From: an uncultured Actinomycetes bacterium | Lineage (GTDB): Bacteria > Actinomycetota > UBA4738 > HRBIN12 | Length of the DNA: 64,000 nucleotides | Direction of reading: 5' to 3' | NCBI GenBank assembly: GCA_963776425.1 | Contig: CAVZMG010000005.1 | Coordinates: 402,234 to 466,233 of the forward strand | The notes under the pieces: model-generated | What the model saw: only the letters and a program-made list of their open reading frames with translations | The model's database searches: none | Told to the model about the DNA's origin: nothing | Made by a program: the position numbers and the translations under genes | In this document: positions 1 to 10,464 of the stretch, piece by piece | How the letters are laid out: each line of letters starts with the position of its first letter | Position numbering within the stretch: position 1 is the first letter of the stretch

Positions 1-377
1 TCCGAGACGTAGGAGCGATAGGGAGGGAACGGTTCGGCGGCGGCATGGGGATCCACTGCGTGCAACACCACCAGCACCTCCGCCGCGTTCGACAGGTACG
101 CGTCGAGATCGTCGGGCTGCCACGCCTGCTCTCCGGGCACGCGGGTCTCGAGCAACGCAGGCACGTCGCAGATCTCGGCCTCGAGGTCCGCGGCGAGGAG
201 GCGCGGCGCGGGGACCTCGGTGCGCTCCAAGAGCAGGAGCGCCCTCGCCTCGATCGCTGGGTCGTAGCAGTCGGTCACCGGACGTTCGCGGTCGTGGTAG
301 CGACGCAGGACGAGCTCGATCTCGGAACCGCCGTAGGAGACGCTGATCACGTGTTTCTCAGTGGATGACGTCGCCAT
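1..377 (-). CDS. phosphotransferase (APH/choline-kinase fold) family protein, N-terminal part; the gene continues beyond the window start
   Basis: Manual reverse-complement translation of 377..1 reads MATSSTEKHVISVSYGGSEIELVLRRYHDRERPVTDCYDPAIEARALLLLERTEVPAPRLLAADLEAEICDVPALLETRVPGEQAWQPDDLDAYLSNAAEVLVVLHAVDP... with no stop. The Gly-rich loop, the VLRR motif and the LH.VD motif are typical of the PF01636 kinase N-lobe. It is absent from the ORF track because it is truncated. The start is ambiguous (ATG at 377 or an upstream GTG). Confidence 0.5.
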   Translation of the reverse strand, partial: MATSSTEKHVISVSYGGSEIELVLRRYHDRERPVTDCYDPAIEARALLLLERTEVPAPRLLAADLEAEICDVPALLETRVPGEQAWQPDDLDAYLSNAAEVLVVLHAVDPHAAAEPFPPYRSYVS

Positions 378-463
378 CGGCTCGGCCGAGAGCAGACGTG
401 CGCCCTCCCCAACCGAACGCTCGATCCATGCGACGACCCCCGGGTCGGTCGCGTCCCAGCCGG

Positions 464-1219
464 TCACCTCGACCTCCTGCCGTACGTGACCCGCTCGAGG
501 GTGAGTCCGACGGCGGGCGCTGGCTCGCCTGCCTCGCTGCGATCGCGAGCGCGGAGGATAGTGAGTATCGCGCTCGGCTCGATCCGACCATCGCCCACCG
601 TGACCAGCGTACCGACGAGGCTCCGCACCATCTGATGCAAGAACGCGTTGGCCGTGGTGGTGAGCTCCACCCGGTCCCCGTCGAGGCGGATCGACAGTCG
701 CCGAAGATCCCGGACGGTCGACCGCCCGGGACCAGGTCTGCGACAGAACGAAGCGAAATCGTGCTCGCCGAGCAGCCGGCGGGCCGCGTCTCGCATCGAC
801 GTGAGCGCGAGGTCACCCGGCCGATGCCACGTGAACCTGGCCGTGAACGGGTCGTCGACCACCGCGGTGTTGATCGCGTACCGATACGTCCGCGCGGACG
901 CGGAGAACCGCGCGTCGAACCCGTCCGAGGCCACGCGGGCCCGGGTCACGACGACCTCGGGCGCCAGCGCGGCGTTCACCGCCTCCTGGATCCGACCAGT
1001 CGCGAGGTCGTTCGCGGTGAGGAACGAGGCCACCTGTCCTCGGGCGTGCACCCCGGCGTCCGTACGCCCGGCGACGGAGAACCGAACGTCCTCCCGCAAG
1101 ACGAACGAGAGCACCTCCCCGAGCGTCCCCTCCACGGTCCGCACCAACGGATCCCTCTGCCGAGCCCACCCGCGGAAATCCGTCCCGTCATAGGCGAGGT
1201 CCAGCCTGATCGTCCGCAC
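464..1219 (-). CDS. truA: tRNA pseudouridine(38-40) synthase TruA
   Basis: 251-aa ORF with a TruA-like sequence (RTDAGVHARGQV catalytic Asp motif). It sits in the conserved position downstream of rplQ. Confidence 0.9.
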   Translation of the reverse strand: MRTIRLDLAYDGTDFRGWARQRDPLVRTVEGTLGEVLSFVLREDVRFSVAGRTDAGVHARGQVASFLTANDLATGRIQEAVNAALAPEVVVTRARVASDGFDARFSASARTYRYAINTAVVDDPFTARFTWHRPGDLALTSMRDAARRLLGEHDFASFCRRPGPGRSTVRDLRRLSIRLDGDRVELTTTANAFLHQMVRSLVGTLVTVGDGRIEPSAILTILRARDRSEAGEPAPAVGLTLERVTYGRRSR

Positions 1220-1272
1220 GCCCGCGAGTATGGAGCGACGGATGCCGTGTACAACGGCGAGTCGAGGTTGCG

Positions 1273-1333
1273 GGGAGGGGCGCGCTGTGTCCGACGCCCG
1301 TCGGCTCGGCCGCCAGGAGGACGCGGCGCCCCT
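1273..1333 (-). terminator. GC-rich hairpin downstream of rplQ (possible terminator/attenuator between rplQ and truA)
   Basis: gggaggggcgc ... gcgcccctccc is a perfect 11-bp inverted repeat around a structured loop. There is no clear U-tract, which is common in high-GC genomes. Confidence 0.35.
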
Positions 1334-1344
1334 CCCGTGAGAAC

Positions 1345-1707
1345 TCAGGCCTCGCGCTCGACCAGCTCGATCCGCGCCATCGGCGCCCCGTCACCGGCGC
1401 GCGGTCCCAGCTTCAGGATCCGCGTATACCCACCGTGCCGCTCCGCGAACCGCGGTGCGATGTCGTGGAACAGGCGAGCGACCACGTCGCGGTCAGGGAT
1501 GTCCTTCAACACCTGCCGTCGCGCGGCAAGATCACCGCGCTTGGCGGACGTGATCAGCTTCTCTGCGTAGGGACGGAGCATCTTCGCCTTCGCCTCCGTG
1601 GTGTTGATCGCCTCGTTGACGAACAGCTGCGACGCGAGCGTCGACAGCATCAGGCGCTGATGCCCCGGGTTGGAGCCCAGGCGCGGTCCCTTCTTGGGCT
1701 TCGGCAC
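1345..1707 (-). CDS. rplQ: 50S ribosomal protein L17
   Basis: 120 aa ([12 protein letters not shown]...). The sequence and the position after rpoA identify it. Confidence 0.95.
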   Translation of the reverse strand: MPKPKKGPRLGSNPGHQRLMLSTLASQLFVNEAINTTEAKAKMLRPYAEKLITSAKRGDLAARRQVLKDIPDRDVVARLFHDIAPRFAERHGGYTRILKLGPRAGDGAPMARIELVEREA

Positions 1708-1710
1708 CTG

Positions 1711-2640
1711 CTACTCCTCCCGCAGACCTAGGCCGAGCTCCTCGAGCTTGGCCTTGACCTCGTCGATCGACTTCTGACCGAAGTTGCGGATGTCCATGAG
1801 CTCGGACTCCGACTTCTGCACCAGGTCGCCGACCGTGTTGATGCCCTCGCGCTTCAGGCAGTTGTACGAGCGGACCGAGAGGTTGAGCTCCTCGATCGTG
1901 ATCTGGTAGTCGCTCGGCAGTTGCTCATCCTCTGCGGGGCCGACCGTGACGCTCGTGGCGTCGGCCAGCTCGGCGAACAGGTTGACCAGCTCGAGCAAGG
2001 CACCGCCGGCGGAGGCGACCGCCTCACGCGCGGTCACCGACCCGTTCGTCTCCACGTCCAGGATCAACCGGTCGCGGTCGGTCATCTGCTCGACGCGTGT
2101 GTTCTCCACGGCATAGGAGACCCTGCGTACGGGGGAGAAGATGGAGTCGACGGGGATCACGCCGATCGGATCGCGGGGCTTCTTGTTCTTGTCCGCCATC
2201 CGGTAGCCGACACCACGCTCAACGGTCATCTCCATCTCGAGCGACGCTCCCTTGCCGAGCGAAGCGATGTGCAGGTCGGGGTTCAAGATCTCGACGCCGG
2301 CCGGCGGCGCGACGTCACCGGCGGTGACCTCGGCGGGGCCTTTCGCCTTGAGATAGACGGTGGTTGGCTCCTCGAGGTCCGAGCGCACGACGAGCGCCTT
2401 CAGGTTCAGGATGATGTCGGTGACATCCTCGGTGACCTTCGGAACGGTCGAGAACTCGTGGAGCACGCCGTCGATCCTGACGGACGAGATCGCGGCACCC
2501 GGGATCGATGAAAGCAACGTCCGTCGGAGCGAGTTGCCGACCGTGTAGCCGAACCCCGGCTCGAGCGGCTCGATCGTGAACTTGGAACGCGTCGGAGAGA
2601 CGACGTCCTCGGTGATCTGTGGCCTTGCGACGATGAACAA
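1711..2640 (-). CDS. rpoA: DNA-directed RNA polymerase subunit alpha
   Basis: 309 aa with alpha NTD and CTD motifs (…[13 protein letters not shown]…). Confidence 0.95.
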   Translation of the reverse strand: MFIVARPQITEDVVSPTRSKFTIEPLEPGFGYTVGNSLRRTLLSSIPGAAISSVRIDGVLHEFSTVPKVTEDVTDIILNLKALVVRSDLEEPTTVYLKAKGPAEVTAGDVAPPAGVEILNPDLHIASLGKGASLEMEMTVERGVGYRMADKNKKPRDPIGVIPVDSIFSPVRRVSYAVENTRVEQMTDRDRLILDVETNGSVTAREAVASAGGALLELVNLFAELADATSVTVGPAEDEQLPSDYQITIEELNLSVRSYNCLKREGINTVGDLVQKSESELMDIRNFGQKSIDEVKAKLEELGLGLREE

Positions 2641-2727
2641 CTGACTGCCTCCTCCGGCGGGGGATCATCCACTCCTACCCCACCCTCTTGGTCCCGGCGC
2701 CTGTTCGGCGTCGGGTGCGTTCACCCG

Positions 2728-3120
2728 CTAGACGCGGCGACGCTTGCGAGGCCGGCAGCCGTTGTGCGGCACCGGCGTCACGTCTTGGATGCCCGCCACT
2801 TCCAGACCGGCGGCGGCGAGCGAGCGGATCGCGGTCTCGCGACCCGACCCCGGACCCTTCACGAACACGTCGACCTTCTGCAGGCCGTGCTCCTGGGCTT
2901 GACGAGCGGCCTTCTCGGCTGCGAGCTGCGCGGCGAACGGCGTGGACTTGCGCGAGCCCTTGAACCCCACGTTGCCTGCGCTCGCCCAGCTGAGCGTGTT
3001 GCCCTGCAGGTCGGTGATCGTGACGATCGTGTTGTTGAACGTCGACTTGATGTGCGCCTGCCCGTGGATGACGTTCTTCTTCTCGCGCTTGCGTGCCTTC
3101 TTCGCTTTCGGCTTCGCCAT
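2728..3120 (-). CDS. rpsK: 30S ribosomal protein S11
   Basis: 130 aa ([17 protein letters not shown]…). No rpsD lies between rpsK and rpoA. Confidence 0.95.
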   Translation of the reverse strand: MAKPKAKKARKREKKNVIHGQAHIKSTFNNTIVTITDLQGNTLSWASAGNVGFKGSRKSTPFAAQLAAEKAARQAQEHGLQKVDVFVKGPGSGRETAIRSLAAAGLEVAGIQDVTPVPHNGCRPRKRRRV

Positions 3121-3142
3121 AGGAGCTCCTCAGCTACTGGTG

Positions 3143-3526
3143 CTACTTCTTCCGCGCGGCCTTCTTCTTGCCGGCGATGGCCTTCTTCGGGCCCTTGCGG
3201 GTCCGAGCGTTGGTGTGGGTGCGTTGACCGCGCACCGGGAGGCTTCGGCGGTGCCGGATCCCCTGGTAGCACCCGATCTCGATCTTCCGCTTGATGTCCT
3301 GCGCGACCTCGCGGCGGAGGTCACCCTCGACCTTGAAGTTCCGGTCGATGTACTCGCGGATCTTGAGGACCTCGTCTTCGGAGAGATCGCGCACCTTAGT
3401 GGCCCCGTCGACGCCGGAACCCGCGACGATCTTCCGCGCGTTCGTCTCACCGATGCCGTAGATGTAGCGCAGACCGATGTCCAGCCGCTTGTCGCGGGGA
3501 AGGTCGACGCCTGCGATCCGTGCCAC
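3143..3526 (-). CDS. rpsM: 30S ribosomal protein S13
   Basis: S13 sequence ([25 protein letters not shown]…). Trimmed to a GTG start at 3526, since the longer ORF-track N-terminus overlaps rpmJ. Confidence 0.9.
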   Translation of the reverse strand: MARIAGVDLPRDKRLDIGLRYIYGIGETNARKIVAGSGVDGATKVRDLSEDEVLKIREYIDRNFKVEGDLRREVAQDIKRKIEIGCYQGIRHRRSLPVRGQRTHTNARTRKGPKKAIAGKKKAARKK

Positions 3527-3534
3527 GTAGCCTC

Positions 3535-3648
3535 CTAGCCCTGCCGCTGCTTGTGCCGCGGGTTCGAGCAGATCACGAGGATCCGACCACGGCGACGGAT
3601 GACACGACACTTGTCGCACATCTTCTTCACCGACGGCCTAACCTTCAT
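3535..3648 (-). CDS. rpmJ: 50S ribosomal protein L36 (zinc-ribbon C3H form)
   Basis: Manual translation gives [37 protein letters not shown] (37 aa). It is too short to appear as a labelled gene in the ORF track and lies between infA and rpsM. Confidence 0.85.
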   Translation of the reverse strand: MKVRPSVKKMCDKCRVIRRRGRILVICSNPRHKQRQG

Positions 3649-3657
3649 CGCCCGCTC

Positions 3658-3876
3658 CTACTTATACCGGTACACCACGCGACCTCTGGTGAGGTCGTAT
3701 GGCGAGAGCTCCACCAGGACCCGATCCCCCGGGAGGATCCGGATGTAGTGCATCCGCATCTTCCCCGAGATGTGGGCCAACACCACGTGATCGTTCTCCA
3801 ACTTCACCCGGAACATGGCGTTGGGTAACGGCTCGACGACCGTTCCCTCGACCTCGATAGCGTCTTTCTTCGGCAC
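3658..3876 (-). CDS. infA: translation initiation factor IF-1
   Basis: 72 aa ([24 protein letters not shown]…). Confidence 0.95.
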   Translation of the reverse strand: MPKKDAIEVEGTVVEPLPNAMFRVKLENDHVVLAHISGKMRMHYIRILPGDRVLVELSPYDLTRGRVVYRYK

Positions 3877-3959
3877 GCTCCAGGTGTTCCTGTCTGTTCT
3901 TGGGTCATGCCCCGGCCCGCGGACCAGCCGAAACTCGCCGCCGGGCGGGGCGAACGATT

Positions 3960-3989
3960 AGTATACGGGCAGCTCACCAGCTACGTCCA
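3960..3989 (-). promoter_or_regulatory. candidate sigma70-type promoter for infA (-35 TGGACG, 18-nt spacer, -10 TATACT on minus strand)
   Basis: The hexamers were read directly from the sequence about 90 nt upstream of the infA ATG. The same TATACT -10 recurs upstream of trpT. Confidence 0.3.
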
Positions 3990-4032
3990 CGCGCGAGGAA
4001 CCTGACCAGATCGGACCGAAGGGAACGGACCT

Positions 4033-4812
4033 TCACGCGCTCCTCGCCGTGAGCACCTCATGCCCGTTCGGGGTCACCGCGATCGTGTGCTCGAAATGCG
4101 CGGCCAGCGATCCGTCGTCGGTGACGACCGTCCACTCGTCCGGCATCAAGCGGGTCTCGTGGCTCCCGATCATCACCATCGGTTCGACGGCGATCACGAG
4201 ACCGGGCTTCAACTCGGGCCCGCGGCCCGGCTCGCCGAAGTTCTGGATGAACGGATCCTCGTGCATCGCGCGCCCGATCCCGTGCCCTCCGTACTCACGG
4301 ACCAAGGTGAAGCCCGCGCCCTCGGCCACCTGCTGGATCGCCGCACCGATATCGGAGAGCCGGCCGCCCGGACGGATCACGCCGATCGCGGCGTCGAGCG
4401 CCTCCTCGGTCACGCGGACGAGCTTCTCGGCATCGGGTGACGGCGCCTCTCCCCCCACGATCACGGTGACGGCCGAGTCCCCTTGGAACCCATCCCAGAT
4501 CGCTCCGCAGTCGAGGGACAAGACGTCGCCGGTCTTGAGGATCCGGGTGCGTGAGGGGATGCCGTGCACGATCTCGTCATCGATCGACGCGCAGATCGTC
4601 CCAGGGAACGGGGGTGCGTTCCGTGATCCGCCATACCCGAGGAACGACGGGGTCCCGCCCTCGGATCGGATATGACGCTCGGCGATCTGATCCAGGTCGT
4701 ACGTGCTGACGCCGGGCGCCACCGCGTCGAGCATGGCCTTGATCGCTTCGCCCGTGATACGACCGGCTGTGCGCATCTTCGCGATCTCGTCGGACGTCTT
4801 GTAGATGATCAT
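4033..4812 (-). CDS. map: type I methionine aminopeptidase
   Basis: 259 aa with MetAP metal-ligand motifs (…VHGIP…, …HGIGR…). Confidence 0.9.
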   Translation of the reverse strand: MIIYKTSDEIAKMRTAGRITGEAIKAMLDAVAPGVSTYDLDQIAERHIRSEGGTPSFLGYGGSRNAPPFPGTICASIDDEIVHGIPSRTRILKTGDVLSLDCGAIWDGFQGDSAVTVIVGGEAPSPDAEKLVRVTEEALDAAIGVIRPGGRLSDIGAAIQQVAEGAGFTLVREYGGHGIGRAMHEDPFIQNFGEPGRGPELKPGLVIAVEPMVMIGSHETRLMPDEWTVVTDDGSLAAHFEHTIAVTPNGHEVLTARSA

Positions 4813-4819
4813 GCAGCGA

Positions 4820-5473
4820 TCATTCCTCGATGTCGGCGAGCAGGGCGAGCGTCCGCTCCGTCACGTCGGCCTCCGGCGCCTGCGCGTCCACCTCGCGGAG
4901 CAGTCCGCGCTCGCGGTAGAACCGCTCGAGTGGGGCCATCTGCTCCCGGTACACCTCGATCCGGCGCCGCACCGTCAGCTCGCCGTCGTCGGCACGGCGT
5001 TCTAGCTCATGCCCGCAGTAGTCACAGATACCTTCCACCGCCGGTGGTTTGAACTCCACGTTGTAGGTGCGTTTGCAATTGGGGCATGTCCAGCGGGCCG
5101 TGAGTCGCCGCACGGCCATGTTGTCCGCGATCGCGAACTTGAGGACGGCCGAGAGCGGTCGAACCGCGGTGGTGAGCGCCGCTTCGAGCGCCTGCGCCTG
5201 CGGAACCGTTCGCGGGAACCCGTCGAGGATGAAGCCCTTCTCCGCGTCGGGTTCCTGGAGACGCTCCATGACCATCTCGACGACGAGCTCGTCCGGCACG
5301 TATTCGCCGCGGTCCATGAACGTTCGGGCGCGAACACCGAGCATCGTGTTCTCCTGCACGTGCTCACGCAGGATGTCACCGGTGGAGATCTGCGGGATGC
5401 TGAACCGGTCGGTCAGCCGCGCGGCCTGCGTCCCTTTACCAGCACCCGGTGGGCCAAGCAGCACCAGGCGCAT
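4820..5473 (-). CDS. adk: adenylate kinase
   Basis: 217 aa from MRLVLLGPPGAGKGTQA with a Zn-lid CPNC…CDYC. The ORF-track N-terminal extension out to 6466 is an artefact that overlaps secY. Confidence 0.9.
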   Translation of the reverse strand: MRLVLLGPPGAGKGTQAARLTDRFSIPQISTGDILREHVQENTMLGVRARTFMDRGEYVPDELVVEMVMERLQEPDAEKGFILDGFPRTVPQAQALEAALTTAVRPLSAVLKFAIADNMAVRRLTARWTCPNCKRTYNVEFKPPAVEGICDYCGHELERRADDGELTVRRRIEVYREQMAPLERFYRERGLLREVDAQAPEADVTERTLALLADIEE

Positions 5474-5475
5474 GG

Positions 5476-6765
5476 TTACTTCAGGAAGCCCTCGTAGTGC
5501 CGCATCATCAGCTGCGACTCGATCTGCTTCATCGTCTCGAGCGCGACGCCCACGGTGATCAGGATCGACGTCCCACCGAACGGGAACTGGTTGAACGCCC
5601 AGTAGGCGAGCACGATCGAAGGTAGCAGCGCGATGGCGGCCAGGAACATCGATCCCGGCAACGTGATGCGGACCAGCACGTAGTTGAGGTAGTTCGCGGT
5701 GGGTGGTCCGGGACGGATGCCGGGGATGAACCCACCCTGCTTGCGGATCTGATCGGCGGTGCGGACCGGATCGAACTGGATCGCGGTGTAGAAGTACGCG
5801 AAGAAGATGATCAACAGCGTGAGCAGGAGCATGTACACCAAGCTCTTCTGGTTGTTCACGTAGTTGTTGACGAACGTCTGGAACCACGAGGCGTGGTAGA
5901 CGCTCGCGAGCAGCGTCGGGAAGTACAGGACCGACGTCGCGAAGATGATCGGGATCACGCCGGCCTGGTTGACCTTCAGCGGCAGGTACGTGCTGCCTCC
6001 CGACGTCATCCGCCGACCGACCACGCGTTTCGCGTACTGGATCGGGATACGGCGTTGACCCTGATCCATGAACACGACGCCGACGATGATCGCCAGCCCG
6101 ATGAAGAGCATCACGATGAACTTGCCGGTCCCGCCCTGGAGCAGCACCCCGTGTCCTTCGGCGGGCAACCGCGAGATGATGCTCGTGAAGATCAGGATCG
6201 ACATCCCGTTGCCGATCCCTCGCTGCGTGATCAGTTCGCCGAGCCACATCACGCACGCCGTTCCCGCCGTGAACGTCAGGATGATGAGCGCGACGTTCGG
6301 CGTGGTGAACGTGCCGCTCGGGAAGACATCGACGCTGCTGGTGCTCGATCCTCCGTTGTGGAAGAGGAAGACCAAACCGGTCGACTGCAGCAGAGCCAGG
6401 ACCACGGTCACGTAGCGGGTCCACTGGTTGATCTTCTTCGTGCCGGCCTCGCCCTGATCCTGCCACTGCTGGAGCTTCGGGATCACCACGGTGAGGAGCT
6501 GCATGATGATCGAGCTGGTGATGTACGGCATGATCCCGAGCCCGAACACCGCCATGCGCCCGAGGGCACCACCGGAGAACAGGTCGATGAACGACAGGAA
6601 CCCGGTCTGGCCGGAGTTGGCGAGCTGCTTCTGCAGGATCGAGACGTCCACCACCGGGACCGGAACGTGACAGCCGAACCGGTAGACGGCGATGATGAAC
6701 AGGGTGAAGAGGATCTTGTTCCGGAGGTCCGGAACGCGGAACGCGTTAAGGAAGGCCTTCAGCAC
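5476..6765 (-). CDS. secY: preprotein translocase subunit SecY
   Basis: 429 aa, polytopic membrane protein in the conserved position. Confidence 0.95.
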   Translation of the reverse strand: MLKAFLNAFRVPDLRNKILFTLFIIAVYRFGCHVPVPVVDVSILQKQLANSGQTGFLSFIDLFSGGALGRMAVFGLGIMPYITSSIIMQLLTVVIPKLQQWQDQGEAGTKKINQWTRYVTVVLALLQSTGLVFLFHNGGSSTSSVDVFPSGTFTTPNVALIILTFTAGTACVMWLGELITQRGIGNGMSILIFTSIISRLPAEGHGVLLQGGTGKFIVMLFIGLAIIVGVVFMDQGQRRIPIQYAKRVVGRRMTSGGSTYLPLKVNQAGVIPIIFATSVLYFPTLLASVYHASWFQTFVNNYVNNQKSLVYMLLLTLLIIFFAYFYTAIQFDPVRTADQIRKQGGFIPGIRPGPPTANYLNYVLVRITLPGSMFLAAIALLPSIVLAYWAFNQFPFGGTSILITVGVALETMKQIESQLMMRHYEGFLK

Positions 6766-6786
6766 GGTGGTCTATGGTACCCCGGC

Positions 6787-7224
6787 CTAGCCGAGAACCT
6801 CGGCCCGGCCACCGGCCTGCTCGATCTTCGCTCTCGCCGCGTCGGAGAAGGCGTGCGCCTTCACGACCAGCGCGTGGTCGATCTCGCCCCGGGCGAGCAC
6901 CTTCACCGGCCTGCCCTTGCGCACCAAGCCGTGCGCGTAGAGCCCTTCAGGGGTGACCTCGCCGTCCGCGTAGTACTTCGCCAGGAGCTCCACGTTCACC
7001 ACGGCGAACTCCACCCGGTTCGGGTTCGTGAAGCCCTTCAGCTTGGGAACACGCCGTTGCAGCGGCATCTGCCCGCCCTCGAATCCGGCGGGGACGTTCT
7101 TGCGTGCGCCGGTTCCCTTGGTGCCTCGGCCGGCGGTCTTCCCGCCAGCCCCGGCCCGTCCGCGACCGACCCGCTTGCGATCCTTCGTGGCGCCGTCGGC
7201 GGGGCGGAGATGATGGAGCTTCAT
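6787..7224 (-). CDS. rplO: 50S ribosomal protein L15
   Basis: 145 aa ([22 protein letters not shown]…). Confidence 0.95.
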   Translation of the reverse strand: MKLHHLRPADGATKDRKRVGRGRAGAGGKTAGRGTKGTGARKNVPAGFEGGQMPLQRRVPKLKGFTNPNRVEFAVVNVELLAKYYADGEVTPEGLYAHGLVRKGRPVKVLARGEIDHALVVKAHAFSDAARAKIEQAGGRAEVLG

Positions 7225-7406
7225 CCTTCGACCTCCTCCACCTCGACCAGGTGCTGCACCTTCGCGATCATGCCCCGGATGTCCGGGCGATCTTCCTTGA
7301 GCACGGAGTCGTTGATCCGGTGCAAGCCCAACCTGCGGACCGTGTCCTTCTGGTCCTTCGGCCGGTCGATCACGCTCCTGCGCTGCGTCACCTTGAGCTT
7401 GGTCAT
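7221..7406 (-). CDS. rpmD: 50S ribosomal protein L30
   Basis: 61 aa ([28 protein letters not shown]…). This is the C-terminal part of the 152-aa track ORF. Confidence 0.85.
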   Translation of the reverse strand: MTKLKVTQRRSVIDRPKDQKDTVRRLGLHRINDSVLKEDRPDIRGMIAKVQHLVEVEEVEG

Positions 7407-8035
7407 CGCCGGCCTCCGCGCGGTCCGGAAGGCTGACGCGGCTCGTCGCTGTAGACCTCTTCGAGGGCTGCGGTCCGGGCTGCCTGCATCCGCGCCTCCG
7501 CGGCGGCCACGGCCTCGAGCATCGGCTTCGGTGCGATGTCGACCATCTCCCGCCCTCGCAGGCGTGCGACCTCGGCCGGACGGCGGAGCGACTGGAGCCC
7601 CTGCACGGCGGCCTTCACGATGTTGATCTGATTCGAGGAGCCCATCGACTTGGAGAGCACGTCCTTGATGCCGGCGCACTCGACCAGCGCGCGGACGGCG
7701 CCGCCCGCGATGACACCGGTCCCCGGCGCCGCCGGCTTCAGCAGCACCCGACCGGCTCCGGCCTGACCGATCACGGTGTGCGGGATGGTGGTGCCCATCA
7801 TCGGCACCTCGAACATCCTGCGTCTGGCCTCCTCGACGCCCTTGGCGATCGCCGCGGGAACCTCTTTGGCCTTGCCGTAACCCACGCCGACGCGGCCCGC
7901 GCCGTCACCCACGACCACGAGCGCGGCGAACGAGAACCGCCGGCCGCCCTTGACGACCTTCGCCACGCGGTTGATCGAGATGACCCGTTCTTCGAACGGG
8001 CTGCGGTCCTGCGAACTCGCGTCGTATCGCCTCAT
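7403..8035 (-). CDS. rpsE: 30S ribosomal protein S5 (with ~45-aa Ala/Arg-rich C-terminal extension)
   Basis: Starts at MRRYD… (ATG at 8035, 4 nt from the rplR stop). The S5 core is …[23 protein letters not shown]…. Confidence 0.9.
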   Translation of the reverse strand: MRRYDASSQDRSPFEERVISINRVAKVVKGGRRFSFAALVVVGDGAGRVGVGYGKAKEVPAAIAKGVEEARRRMFEVPMMGTTIPHTVIGQAGAGRVLLKPAAPGTGVIAGGAVRALVECAGIKDVLSKSMGSSNQINIVKAAVQGLQSLRRPAEVARLRGREMVDIAPKPMLEAVAAAEARMQAARTAALEEVYSDEPRQPSGPRGGRR

Positions 8036-8036
8036 G

Positions 8037-8387
8037 TCAGATCTTGAGTCCTCCTTCGCGCGCACCCTCGGCGAGGGCCGCGACACGGCCGTGGTAGAGC
8101 CGGCCACCGCGATCGAAGACCGCGCGTTCGATCCCGGCATCCTTCGCGCGCTGCGCGATCAACCCGCCGACCGCTTTCGCGCTCGCCGTCTTGCCTTCGA
8201 CCTTCACCTCACGGTCGGACGCCTGCGCGATCGTGGCCGCCGTCCGATCGTCGATCAGCTGCACATAGATGTGCCGGTTCGAGCGATACACGGCCAGACG
8301 GGGACGTGAGGCATCGCCGGAGATCTTCTTGCGGACCCGCGCGTGCCGACGGACCCGCGCTTCGCGCTTCGTCTTCGCGCCACTCAT
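8037..8387 (-). CDS. rplR: 50S ribosomal protein L18
   Basis: 116 aa. Confidence 0.95.
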   Translation of the reverse strand: MSGAKTKREARVRRHARVRKKISGDASRPRLAVYRSNRHIYVQLIDDRTAATIAQASDREVKVEGKTASAKAVGGLIAQRAKDAGIERAVFDRGGRLYHGRVAALAEGAREGGLKI

Positions 8388-8935
8388 GCGGCACCCGTCT
8401 TCGCGGCCTTGCCGGCCTTCTTGCGGACGTACTCACCCTCGTACCGGATGCCCTTGCCCTTGTAGGGCTCCGGCTTGCGGATCTTCCGGATGTTCGCGGC
8501 GATCTCGCCCACCTGCTGTTTGTCGTTGCCACGCACCACGATCTGCGTGGGCGTCGGCACCTCGAATTCGATACCGGAAGGGCACGTGACGAACACCGGA
8601 TGGGAGTAGCCGGCGGCGATCTCGAGATCGGAGCCCTTCATCGCCGCGCGGTACCCGACACCGACGATCTGCAGCCGCTTCTCGAATCCCTTCGTGACGC
8701 CATCCACCATGTTCGCCACCAGCGAACGCGTGAGCCCGTGCAGGCTCCGATGGAAGGCTTCGTCGTCGGGGCGCTCGACCAGGACCGCGCTGGCTTCGAC
8801 CGCGATCCGCATATCCGGGTGCATGCCCTGGGTCAAGCTGCCGCGCGGCCCCTTGACGGTGACCACGTTCCCCTCGGCGATGTCGACATCGACACCGCTG
8901 GGGATCTCGATGGGCTGCTTACCGATCCGACTCAT
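8384..8935 (-). CDS. rplF: 50S ribosomal protein L6
   Basis: 183 aa. Confidence 0.95.
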   Translation of the reverse strand: MSRIGKQPIEIPSGVDVDIAEGNVVTVKGPRGSLTQGMHPDMRIAVEASAVLVERPDDEAFHRSLHGLTRSLVANMVDGVTKGFEKRLQIVGVGYRAAMKGSDLEIAAGYSHPVFVTCPSGIEFEVPTPTQIVVRGNDKQQVGEIAANIRKIRKPEPYKGKGIRYEGEYVRKKAGKAAKTGAA

Positions 8936-8942
8936 CCCTGGC

Positions 8943-9362
8943 TCACCACACGTAGGCGAGGACTTCCCCGCCGATCCCCTTCTTGGACGCGTCCTTGTCC
9001 GTCATGACTCCCTGCGACGTAGACACGATCGCCACGCCGAGCCCGCCCAGCACGCGCGGGAGCTTGCCGCGACCGGCGTACACACGCCGGCCCGGCGTCG
9101 AGATCCGCTTGATACCCGTGATGGTCCGCTGCCGAGACTTGCTGTACTTCAGCCGGATGCGGAACGCCTTCTCGACGCCCTCGCCCTCGACCGAGAAGCC
9201 GTCGATGTACCCCTCCTGCTCGAGGATGCGCAGGACCGAATCGGCCAGTTTCGACACCGGCGCGATCAGCTCGTCCTTCATGGCGAGGTTCGCGTTGCGG
9301 ATGCGCGTGAGCAGATCCGCAACGGGGTCGGAGATGTTCGAGGAGAACTTCGCTCTCACCAT
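8943..9362 (-). CDS. rpsH: 30S ribosomal protein S8
   Basis: Starts at [25 protein letters not shown] (ATG at 9362). The upstream ORF-track extension overlaps rpsN and is rejected. Confidence 0.9.
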   Translation of the reverse strand: MVRAKFSSNISDPVADLLTRIRNANLAMKDELIAPVSKLADSVLRILEQEGYIDGFSVEGEGVEKAFRIRLKYSKSRQRTITGIKRISTPGRRVYAGRGKLPRVLGGLGVAIVSTSQGVMTDKDASKKGIGGEVLAYVW

Positions 9363-9541
9363 GAGGCCTTCGTCACCCCCGGGAGCTCGCCCGCGTGCGC
9401 CAGCTGCCGGAAGCAGATCCGACAGAGCAGGAGCTTCTTGTAGACGGCACGCGGCCGACCGCACCGGCGGCAGCGTGTGTACGCGCGCACGCGGTACTTC
9501 GGATGTCCCTGTTGCTTGTTGATCAGCGCTTTCTTCGCCAT
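9356..9541 (-). CDS. rpsN: 30S ribosomal protein S14 type Z (zinc-binding, 61 aa)
   Basis: [46 protein letters not shown]… carries CxxC…CxxC. Confidence 0.9.
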   Translation of the reverse strand: MAKKALINKQQGHPKYRVRAYTRCRRCGRPRAVYKKLLLCRICFRQLAHAGELPGVTKASW

Positions 9542-9552
9542 GCCCTCGTCCT

Positions 9553-10128
9553 CTAGCTCGCCTGCGCGACCGCCTCGAGCCCCGCGAACGGGAACCCGAG
9601 CGCCACGAGCAGCGCGCGTCCTTCGTCGTCGGTCCGCGCCGTGGTCACCACGGTGATGTCCATGCCTCGGACCTTCAGCACCTTGTCGTAGTCGATCTCC
9701 GGGAAGATCAGTTGCTCGGTCACGCCGAGCGTGTAGTTCCCGCGTCCGTCGAACGCGTTCACATCCAGGCCGCGGAAGTCGCGGATCCTCGGAAGCGCCA
9801 GCGTGACGAGGCGATCGATGAACTCCCACATGCGGTCGCCCCGGAGGGTGACCTTCGCGCCGATCGCTTGGCCCTCCCGGAGCTTGAACCCGGCGATCGA
9901 CTTACGGGCCTTGGTCACCACCGGCTTCTGACCGGAGATGACCTCGAGGTCCGCAAGCGCGGCGTCTAGCATACGACCGTCCTTGAGCGCGTCACCGACA
10001 CCCATGTTGAGCGCGACCTTCTCGAGGCGTGGCACCTGCATCACGTTCGCGACGCCGAGCTCGTCCTTGAGCTTCGGAACGAGCTCCTCGTTGAACCGCT
10101 GCTTCAGCCGTGGCGTGTAGTCGGCCAT
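9553..10128 (-). CDS. rplE: 50S ribosomal protein L5
   Basis: 191 aa. Confidence 0.95.
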   Translation of the reverse strand: MADYTPRLKQRFNEELVPKLKDELGVANVMQVPRLEKVALNMGVGDALKDGRMLDAALADLEVISGQKPVVTKARKSIAGFKLREGQAIGAKVTLRGDRMWEFIDRLVTLALPRIRDFRGLDVNAFDGRGNYTLGVTEQLIFPEIDYDKVLKVRGMDITVVTTARTDDEGRALLVALGFPFAGLEAVAQAS

Positions 10129-10464
10129 CTAGAGCTCCGCCTCACAGTGGCGGCAGATCCGCATCTTCACGTCACCCTCCATCCGGTGGCCGACGCGGGT
10201 CGGCCTCCCGCAGCTCTTGCAGACGATCTGGACGTTCGAGATGTCGATGAACATCTCCGCGTCGATGATCCCGCCCTGCTGGAGCTGCTGGCCGCTGGTC
10301 GAACGCTTCCCGCTCGAACGCTGATGCTTCTTGGCGAGCGCGACGCCGTCGACCATGACGCGGCCCTCACGCGGCAGCACGCGGACCACGCGGCCCTCCT
10401 TGCCACGGTCCTTGCCTTGCAGGACCTTGACCATGTCGTCCTTCTTGATGTCCACACCCGGCAT
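10129..10464 (-). CDS. rplX: 50S ribosomal protein L24 with C-terminal CxxC…CxxC zinc-ribbon
   Basis: 111 aa. The KOW core (…[14 protein letters not shown]…) is followed by …[31 protein letters not shown]. Confidence 0.9.
   Translation of the reverse strand: MPGVDIKKDDMVKVLQGKDRGKEGRVVRVLPREGRVMVDGVALAKKHQRSSGKRSTSGQQLQQGGIIDAEMFIDISNVQIVCKSCGRPTRVGHRMEGDVKMRICRHCEAEL

Noticed and set aside
4820-6466. 548-aa ORF annotated in track for adk region
   Set aside because: Only the C-terminal 217 aa are adenylate kinase. The rest overlaps secY in another frame.
5893-7626. 577-aa + strand ORF
   Set aside because: Antisense to secY-rplO-rpmD. It carries no motifs and is overlapped by conserved genes.
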